32,000 bases of DNA from Candidatus Saccharimonadota bacterium (GTDB lineage Bacteria > Patescibacteriota > Saccharimonadia > Saccharimonadales > Saccharimonadaceae): NCBI GenBank assembly GCA_002421785.1, contig DIRZ01000001.1, positions 120,001 through 152,000 on the forward strand, given 5' to 3'. A program made the translations under genes and the position numbers. This document shows, in pieces, positions 25,814 through 32,000 of the stretch (positions are counted from its first letter, which is position 1; every line of letters starts with the position of its first letter). The notes under the pieces are model-generated. The model did no database searches and was not told the DNA's origin. It saw nothing but the letters and a program-made list of their open reading frames with translations.

Positions 25814-26154
25814 GATTTCCTCCCTTTTTTAAATCGCGCGTCGACAGACCAACGAAGCGATGCCTGCGCCATTACAAATATTGCTACCATCGCTGTCATC
25901 ATAACTCCAATCATTACAAACATGAGTGGCCAAAGTGGCGTTTTTGATACAAGCTTAGGGAGCGTCGTCGCAAATGCCATAACAACAAGAGGCGTAATCA
26001 CGACAAGCAGTACATTCCAGGCAAATAAGCACACCTGTCCGATCGGCCCAGTAGCTTCATACCGAGCAACGGTCACATTCCAAAACCCAAACGTCGTATA
26101 AGTATCACTCGGCGATAAATCTGCCCTGACAAGCACGCGCTTTGCGTCGAACAT
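25810..26154 (-). CDS. Small hypothetical membrane protein, 114 aa
   Basis: It has two or three hydrophobic helices. An ATGA overlap joins it to the pyrD start, and it begins 4 nt after the serS stop. Confidence 0.5.
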   Translation of the reverse strand: MFDAKRVLVRADLSPSDTYTTFGFWNVTVARYEATGPIGQVCLFAWNVLLVVITPLVVMAFATTLPKLVSKTPLWPLMFVMIGVMMTAMVAIFVMAQASLRWSVDARFKKGRKS

Positions 26155-26158
26155 GACA

Positions 26159-27454
26159 CTAAATTCTTTCGCGACCCGCTAAATACGGTCGGAGAACCTC
26201 GGGAATAATCACATCTCCCTCTGCTGTCTGATAGTTTTCGATAATAGCGACCATGCATCGGCCTAGCGCAAATGCTGTGGCGTCGTTAGTATGCACCAGA
26301 ACCACCCCGTCACTCGTTCGCACCCTGGTTTGCAGACGTCGCGACTGATAGTCGGTCATGTAATCCGCGGTGTGCGTTTCGCGATATTTGCCCTGGCCAG
26401 GCAGCCAGACTTCCATATCAACCCCACGAGCATTCGGCTTGCCAATATCCGCAGTACATTTCATGAGCACGTGGTATGGCAGCTTTAACGCCTGTAGCAA
26501 ATATTCCTGAACGGCCACAAACAACAGGTGTTCATTGTAGCTGTCGCCTGGAGTGGTAAAGCTTTCCATTTCGAGCTTGTCGAACTGGTGCATGCGAATT
26601 AGCCCTTCCATGTCCTTACCGTAGGTGCCCGCTTCTTTGCGGAAGCTGGTCGCAAACCCTAAGTAGCGTCGCGGCAATTCGTCTGATTCGAAAATCTCGC
26701 CCGCATGCATACTTCCCAGCACATGCTCCGCACTGCCCTGCAGCCACAGTTCCTCGCCCTCTATCTTGTAGCGGTCATCACTTGGCTGGAGCCGATCCAT
26801 CTGGTCATACGGCTCGGTTCGTATCATGAGAGGCGGCAAAACGGGGATGAAGGGCCGAGTATTAACATTCAGGTCAGCCGCAGCAGCTATTTCTTTCAAC
26901 TTCGATTCGTCAGTGAGTGTCGCCATAACGAACTGAATGATAGCTTGCTGCAACAAGACGAGATCACCCATGACATACGCGAAGCGACTACCTGCGACTT
27001 TCGCGGCGCGCTCTTTGTCGAGCCATCCTTTGGCCTCTGCAATTTCGTAATGATTTTTTGGCTCAAACTCGAGCACAGGAATATCACCAACAATCTTTAC
27101 TTCCACATTTTCGTCTTCGCTCGCGCCCACTGGCACGTCTGCATGTGGCATATTCGGAACCTTTTTTAGAAGTTCTGTATACGTCTCCTCGGTTACTCGC
27201 AGGTGGTCGTCTACCTCGGCTAATTCGGTTTTTATCCGTTTACCTTCTTCAACGAGCTCAGGTGATGGCTTGCCACCCTTCATCTGGCTGGAAATTTCAT
27301 TGCGGCGAGCTCGCAATTCCTCTGCCTTTACAAGCAGCTCGCGACGCGATTCATCAGCACCCAAAAGCTCTTTAATACTTACATCGTAGCCTTTTTGTGT
27401 CGCCGCTTCCTGGACGCGGTCGGCGTTCTCCCTGATGAATCGAATGTCTAACAT
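26159..27454 (-). CDS. serS: Seryl-tRNA synthetase
   Basis: The protein is 431 aa. It has the N-terminal coiled-coil arm MLDIRFIRENADRV...ELRARRNEISSQM and a class II catalytic core. Confidence 0.95.
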   Translation of the reverse strand: MLDIRFIRENADRVQEAATQKGYDVSIKELLGADESRRELLVKAEELRARRNEISSQMKGGKPSPELVEEGKRIKTELAEVDDHLRVTEETYTELLKKVPNMPHADVPVGASEDENVEVKIVGDIPVLEFEPKNHYEIAEAKGWLDKERAAKVAGSRFAYVMGDLVLLQQAIIQFVMATLTDESKLKEIAAAADLNVNTRPFIPVLPPLMIRTEPYDQMDRLQPSDDRYKIEGEELWLQGSAEHVLGSMHAGEIFESDELPRRYLGFATSFRKEAGTYGKDMEGLIRMHQFDKLEMESFTTPGDSYNEHLLFVAVQEYLLQALKLPYHVLMKCTADIGKPNARGVDMEVWLPGQGKYRETHTADYMTDYQSRRLQTRVRTSDGVVLVHTNDATAFALGRCMVAIIENYQTAEGDVIIPEVLRPYLAGRERI

Positions 27455-27460
27455 ACGACT

Positions 27461-27469
27461 ATTGTATCA
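27461..27469 (-). promoter_or_regulatory. Extended -10 element directly upstream of serS
   Basis: The minus strand reads TGATACAAT, then 6 nt (AGTCGT), then the serS ATG at 27454. Confidence 0.45.
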
Positions 27470-27475
27470 CAAGGG

Positions 27476-27880
27476 TTATCGGTCGCTTATTTCCAGCGTA
27501 TCCTCGCCGTGAACTATGCGCGACAGCTGCGTGCTCACGCACCCATAGCCACCCATCACAAACTCGCCACATGCGCGCGGAAATTCCTGCTGCTCATACA
27601 CCGAGCAGGACGTCGCACCGTCTTCAGCTACACTAAGGCGCGCGCAGTCAGACGCGAGAACATAAAGTTTTCGCCCAAGAACGCGCCTACGGCCGCGCAT
27701 ATCGGCAGGTAATTCATACAAATCTGTACCTGCTGCCTGCATACTCCGATGCTCCGCCCTAGTAAGTGGAATTGCCATTCCTTTGCGGCAACAGGCGGAC
27801 GGGCACCTACTGCACGTCACGTCTTTATCGACGCCGTCTATCGGAATTATATCCAGATTCAGCCGGTTAGAGTTTCTCAT
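27476..27880 (-). CDS. YkgJ-type Cys-cluster (CxxCxxxCC) putative zinc/iron-binding protein, 134 aa
   Basis: It contains the CSRCPSACCRKG motif plus further Cys residues. The start is chosen at ATG 27880. The track's 27952 start would overlap the upstream permease. Confidence 0.6.
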   Translation of the reverse strand: MRNSNRLNLDIIPIDGVDKDVTCSRCPSACCRKGMAIPLTRAEHRSMQAAGTDLYELPADMRGRRRVLGRKLYVLASDCARLSVAEDGATSCSVYEQQEFPRACGEFVMGGYGCVSTQLSRIVHGEDTLEISDR

Positions 27881-27920
27881 GGATGATACTATACCATCAA
27901 AGAGATTATTTACAAATTTA

Positions 27921-29279
27921 CTATTCCGTACGTAGTGCTTCAATCGGGTCAAGTCGGGCCGCTTTGCGCGCTGGCAACCACCCCGCTACAATCGCCACGA
28001 CGATTAACAGCACGAGAAGCGCACCAATTTGCCACCACACGAATATCAGCAAAGAGTTCCCATCACCCAGTGTTAATGTTTCCGTAATCCAGGGGTTAAG
28101 GGCTGTGCCGATAGCGAAAGCAATCCCCGCCCCTATCAGACCACCGATGAACCCAATCCATGCTGCCTCATAACGGAACAATTTTGCAATGGCTCGACGC
28201 GGCATACCGAGAGCCTTCATCAGGCCGATTTGGCTTGTACGCTCAAGGACACTGATGTATTGAGTGTTAATGATACCAAATACACTCGCAATCAGCGCCA
28301 GTACCCCAAATCCCGTCACAATTCCCTGCAGAATATTCACAATTGTAAAGATTGCACCTGACAAATCTTTAGCCGACATTGCTCCAAATCCCTTATCGCG
28401 AATTGCCGCTTTCACTTCTTCGGGGTCCTTTGACTCGTCAACTGATACTGTGGCGGCAATGTACTGTTTATATTGGCTCGTTCCCTCCGTGAGGTAGTTC
28501 GACAATTCGTCAGCCTTCGTATCTGCCAAAAACACTGCCGCGCTCGCCGAAAACGAAGTGCTTGATTTTGCACTAATCGCACGAATCGTCAGTACCTCAT
28601 CGCGAGATTCTGTTTGAATCAGTGATTGTACTGCTCCCATCCCGCCGCTAACGACAGCAGCCTGAATCTCTTCCTCGGTTGGTTGCTTACCGGTTTTTAC
28701 CAAATGCAGCGTCAGCTTTTTGCCCACAAGGTCTGCTGGTTTTTTGCCAAGCGTCTCCGCATACGATTCGGGTATCACAACTTCGTTTTTTCCAATCTGG
28801 GTACCGAGTTCTGGTAGCGTCCCCGCCGCCACCGACGCCAGCACCGTCGGATCATACGTCGTCACATCAGAAGTATACTTCTTGTCGCTACCCTCGAACT
28901 GAATATACTGGGTGCTCACCAAATAGGCCGGCATGACGCTAGTGACGTTAGGGATACCCTTAATTTGCGCCAGGTCATCAGCACTGAGTGACTGCATAGT
29001 CACGCCCGCATACTGCGTTGCATTCTCGCTATAGTCTTTGAGACCAGGAGCACCAGGCGCGCCATTCTCACGTATTTTTTCCTTGGTAACGTACACTGAC
29101 TGCGGGTCGACGTTACTTTTTATCAGCCTGTCGGCGTACTGACGCGCGCCCTCCCCAACAGCAAGGCTGGCCGTTAGGGTAAATGCACCGACCGCAATGG
29201 CAAGGCTCGTCAGAATGGTTCGCCCCTTCGCCTGCCGTAGGTTTCGGCCGGCACGCTTCATAATATCGAGTGTTTTCAT
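27921..29279 (-). CDS. MacB/FtsX-type ABC transporter permease with a large extracytoplasmic domain, 452 aa
   Basis: The sequence begins [35 protein letters not shown]. The layout is TM1, a ~250-aa loop, then 3 C-terminal TM helices. An ATGA overlap joins it to the ATPase gene. Confidence 0.85.
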   Translation of the reverse strand: MKTLDIMKRAGRNLRQAKGRTILTSLAIAVGAFTLTASLAVGEGARQYADRLIKSNVDPQSVYVTKEKIRENGAPGAPGLKDYSENATQYAGVTMQSLSADDLAQIKGIPNVTSVMPAYLVSTQYIQFEGSDKKYTSDVTTYDPTVLASVAAGTLPELGTQIGKNEVVIPESYAETLGKKPADLVGKKLTLHLVKTGKQPTEEEIQAAVVSGGMGAVQSLIQTESRDEVLTIRAISAKSSTSFSASAAVFLADTKADELSNYLTEGTSQYKQYIAATVSVDESKDPEEVKAAIRDKGFGAMSAKDLSGAIFTIVNILQGIVTGFGVLALIASVFGIINTQYISVLERTSQIGLMKALGMPRRAIAKLFRYEAAWIGFIGGLIGAGIAFAIGTALNPWITETLTLGDGNSLLIFVWWQIGALLVLLIVVAIVAGWLPARKAARLDPIEALRTE

Positions 29280-29962
29280 GATACTGCACCCCCTAGCACT
29301 CTCGTGATTTCTCCATCCTTGATAAATACTTGCATATCGCATTTTTTCGCCAAATCCACATCATGCGTCACAACAATCAGCGTCGTACCGTTTTGTTTAT
29401 TGTAATTGAAGAGGAGGCGTTCGATGGTTGCACCGGTCGTACTATCTAGGTTGCCAGTCGGCTCGTCTGCAAATAGAATTTTTGGCTTCGTGACAATTGC
29501 ACGCGCAATGGCCAGTCGTTGCTTCTGCCCGCCCGATAAGTCCTTGGCGCGAGATTTCACCTTATCGTCCAACTCAACAGCCTTCAATGCGCCCATAATC
29601 ATCGCGCGTCGCTTGCGGAGCGGTACATCCGCTATTTCAAGGGGCAAGCTGACATTGTTATAGCAACTTTCATTCCCTTGCACAAAAAAGCTCTGGAAGA
29701 CGAAGCTCATTTCATTGCTTCGAAATTTATCAACGGCTTTTTGCTTGAACGTCAGGATGTTCTCGCCGTCAATAACAATCTTTCCCTGCTCTGGCCTATC
29801 CAGTCCACTCATCACGTGCATGAGTGTGCTCTTCCCGCTGCCTGATTTGCCAATGATTGCCACGCTTGCGCCCGTCGGAATAGTAAAGCTCACATCGTCA
29901 AGCGCCGTAAAGACGTTTTTCTTTTTACCGTAGGTCTTTGTCACCCCTTGAACCTCTATCAT
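29276..29962 (-). CDS. ABC transporter ATP-binding protein (MacB/LolD-like)
   Basis: Walker A is GKSGSGKST, the ABC signature is LSGGQKQR, and Walker B is [12 protein letters not shown]. An AAGGAGGG SD is present. Confidence 0.9.
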   Translation of the reverse strand: MIEVQGVTKTYGKKKNVFTALDDVSFTIPTGASVAIIGKSGSGKSTLMHVMSGLDRPEQGKIVIDGENILTFKQKAVDKFRSNEMSFVFQSFFVQGNESCYNNVSLPLEIADVPLRKRRAMIMGALKAVELDDKVKSRAKDLSGGQKQRLAIARAIVTKPKILFADEPTGNLDSTTGATIERLLFNYNKQNGTTLIVVTHDVDLAKKCDMQVFIKDGEITRVLGGAVS

Positions 29963-30052
29963 ATCCCTCCTTATTGCTTACCTCTATTATACGCTATTGC
30001 AACCAGGGTAACAGTTATGCTTTAATAAGAATGTAAACGAATCAACAAAAAC

Positions 30053-31327
30053 ATGGCAAATCGCCCCCGCAGAAATAACCCAAATAGCTCTGGAAATAAC
30101 GCACCAGTGCCAACGACTCCCGAACAGGGTCCACTTAGTGAGTACGACACAAAAATACTTGCTGCCCCTACGCCACTTGACCTCGCGCTTCTGCCTGGCA
30201 GCGAAACAACATCATTTGCCGCGGAAGCAGCCTACAATGACGTACAGGCATCACTCGACACAACTGTGGATCTGTTGAAACAGCAATACCCCACTCCCGT
30301 TGGCGATAAATACGTCAGTCCTGGAGGGCCTGGCATTGACATGCTCAACCTAATGGCGCTCATGGCCCATCGCAGACGTAACGAAAAAGGCAATTACACC
30401 CCCGTGCAGGATCCGTCCGCCACGATGGCTCAGAATATTATTTGTGCCTATCCCAACCCCAAGCAGCTAATTGCAGATGTTTCCACGCACGCCAAAGCAA
30501 TGCTCGAACGTAGCCGACACCAGGGCGATACATTTGACCCTGCGGGACTGCAAGAAAGCTTCGCGCGCCTCCTCCCTATTGTGTATGGGCCTCGCTACCA
30601 AGAATACCGCGACCAGCACCGTGCAGAGCGTCACGCCACCGCAACCGTCGCCGCCGAACAAGCTGCCGTGGCTACACGCGAACAACAGGCACGGGACGAA
30701 GAAGAGTCGCTAAAATACACAGGGCGCGAAATTCTTGCCAACTCAAAATCCGCTACCTTAAATCGCACCCAGCTTATCAATCAGTCGCTTATGTCATTAC
30801 AGATGCGACAAGCCACCGCGCGCAATGCCCTTTCCACTCCTAAGCATGCGCTGCTTCAGTGGAACAAGAACCGCGCCGAAGCGAAGTACCTTCGCAAGCA
30901 AGCCAAGGTGGGCTCCAGCATGTTCAAATTTATCAATAACCACCACGCCCGAGTCGCCACCAAAGCAAAGCGTACACTGGATGCGCGCAGTGGCGTCCTG
31001 AGCGCTCATCAAGCCTTGATAGATGGGCGGACGAGAACCGTGGAGGCGCAAGCAGCCGTTCGTGAGCGCGCCTACAAAGAAAAAATTAAGTTTTATAGCG
31101 AACAGAAGATTGCTGCAGAAGAATCGCGCATACAACGACGCGCCCTAAGACAGCGCGAACTACACGCGCGCAGCCAAGGCATGAACAAACACGAAAGCAA
31201 GCTATATGCCGCCAGGCTTACTCCCGAAGACAAACGACGCATCCGCCTTGTAGCAGTAACAGCCGCAAAACGTAATGCCATCCGGCAGGGCTATAACCCA
31301 GGAACAGACTATGACCGTGATAACTAA
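30053..31327 (+). CDS. Hypothetical soluble protein with a highly basic helical C-terminal half, 424 aa
   Basis: This is a long ORF with no TM segment. It has a Pro/Asn-rich N-terminus and an Arg/Lys/Ala/Gln-rich C-terminal half. I recognise no family. Confidence 0.6.
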   Translation: MANRPRRNNPNSSGNNAPVPTTPEQGPLSEYDTKILAAPTPLDLALLPGSETTSFAAEAAYNDVQASLDTTVDLLKQQYPTPVGDKYVSPGGPGIDMLNLMALMAHRRRNEKGNYTPVQDPSATMAQNIICAYPNPKQLIADVSTHAKAMLERSRHQGDTFDPAGLQESFARLLPIVYGPRYQEYRDQHRAERHATATVAAEQAAVATREQQARDEEESLKYTGREILANSKSATLNRTQLINQSLMSLQMRQATARNALSTPKHALLQWNKNRAEAKYLRKQAKVGSSMFKFINNHHARVATKAKRTLDARSGVLSAHQALIDGRTRTVEAQAAVRERAYKEKIKFYSEQKIAAEESRIQRRALRQRELHARSQGMNKHESKLYAARLTPEDKRRIRLVAVTAAKRNAIRQGYNPGTDYDRDN

Positions 31328-31607
31328 ACAACTCTTAGCCGATATCGGCATTTCGCTCGACGATTCCGCCTACGCGCAGTTTACCGAGCAATACGAAGCC
31401 GAGCTCGATAGCCGTATCGTCAATGAAATCGTCGATGAGCTAGATACCGAACAATTACGCGAACTAACAAGGTTCAAAGACAGCGGCGATGATGCAGAAC
31501 TACAACGATGGCTTGTCGAAAACGTCCCCGACCTCGATAAAATTGTAGAGGAAGAAATGGCAATTCTGCTGGGCGAGATTGCCGAAAACAGTGAATCATT
31601 TACCTAA
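31311..31607 (+). CDS. Small, very acidic hypothetical protein, 98 aa
   Basis: The sequence is MTVITKQLLADIGISLDDSAYAQFTEQYEAELDSRIVNEIVDELDTEQL..., rich in Asp and Glu. It overlaps the upstream gene by 17 nt, with an alternative start at 31275. It loosely resembles small acidic DUF proteins of Patescibacteria, but I have not verified this. Confidence 0.5.
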   Translation: MTVITKQLLADIGISLDDSAYAQFTEQYEAELDSRIVNEIVDELDTEQLRELTRFKDSGDDAELQRWLVENVPDLDKIVEEEMAILLGEIAENSESFT

Positions 31608-31656
31608 AGTCAATCCCTGCCCGTGACCCCACAAACACTAACCCAAAGGAGAACCC

Positions 31657-32000
31657 ATGTCAGAACGCGGCCCACGACACATCGTAACACAGGATGATGA
31701 GCCTATTCCGAATCCTGATACCAATCAGGATCAACTCCCTTTTGGTCCGCAGCCAGAAGCCGAACAATCAACTATCGTCGTACAACCACCGGAAGAATAT
31801 GCCGCACCGCCAGAGGCGACCGAACAACTCCTCACTCTAGAACAACAGCAAGATGCCGCTAACCGCTTTAACGACGCAGAACTACTCGGACGATCTTACC
31901 CCGTCAGGCGACTGGTTAAAACCATCGGAAACGAGCGTGTTCATGCGTGGGAATCCGCAAAAGCCGGTGTCGCTAACGCATGGGACACCCCTGGCAAGCT
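31657..32000 (+). CDS. Hypothetical protein, N-terminal 114 codons (runs off the window's right edge)
   Basis: The ATG at 31657 is preceded by an AAGGAG SD. Hand translation gives MSERGPRHIVTQDDEPIPNPDTNQDQLPFGPQPEAEQSTIVVQPPEEYAAPPEATEQ..., open to the end of the window. Confidence 0.6.
   Translation, partial: MSERGPRHIVTQDDEPIPNPDTNQDQLPFGPQPEAEQSTIVVQPPEEYAAPPEATEQLLTLEQQQDAANRFNDAELLGRSYPVRRLVKTIGNERVHAWESAKAGVANAWDTPGK

Noticed and set aside
1-32000. Scan for CRISPR arrays, tRNA/rRNA genes, transposases, integrases and long direct repeats
   Set aside because: Coding density leaves no intergenic gap longer than ~175 nt, and the gaps contain only promoter- or hairpin-like sequence. No repeat-spacer periodicity or mobile-element proteins were seen.

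Overview
The window is very gene-dense: 36 CDS, roughly 95% coding, and 31 of the 36 on the minus strand. It carries bacterial housekeeping and cell-envelope genes. I found no rRNA, tRNA, CRISPR array, transposase or integrase. Genes I recognise from motifs:
- DNA repair: recO (partial), xseA, xseB.
- Translation: rpmA, prfB, serS, hpf.
- Cell wall: murI, murD.
- Division: ftsE-ftsX, followed by a PcsB-like coiled-coil/CHAP hydrolase, a CtpA-type S41 protease and a receiver-only regulator.
- Other: secA, a lemA/TPM pair, M48 and M16 peptidases, a MacB-type ABC pair, and a DHODH-like pyrD.

Small proteins, tiny intergenic spacers, TGA used as a stop with an unframeshifted RF2, and the overall gene content suggest a reduced-genome Patescibacteria/Saccharibacteria-like organism. 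That lineage call is inference only.

The most notable observations are:
1. An ~0.8 kb ORF-sized island of about 65-73% G+C (7069-7836) sits in a ~40-55% background. It encodes an anchored, Cys-containing, Pro/Thr-rich surface protein and is probably horizontally acquired.
2. A 547-aa FHA-domain protein has a ~350-aa unrecognisable C-terminal region, its own near-consensus promoter and a possible leaderless uORF.
3. A recurring '-10 box, then 6-8 nt, then ATG' arrangement, often TATACTAG, implies leaderless mRNAs. One case is a 34-bp divergent prfB/murI spacer made almost entirely of a perfect 13-bp inverted repeat.
4. A minimal two-component pair with no sensor and no output domain is translationally coupled to recO.
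5. A lone class-2-like DHODH carries Cys at the catalytic-base position.
6. A three-gene cluster of unknown proteins at the 3' end pairs a very basic protein with a very acidic one.

All family calls come from motifs read by eye. No database search was possible.
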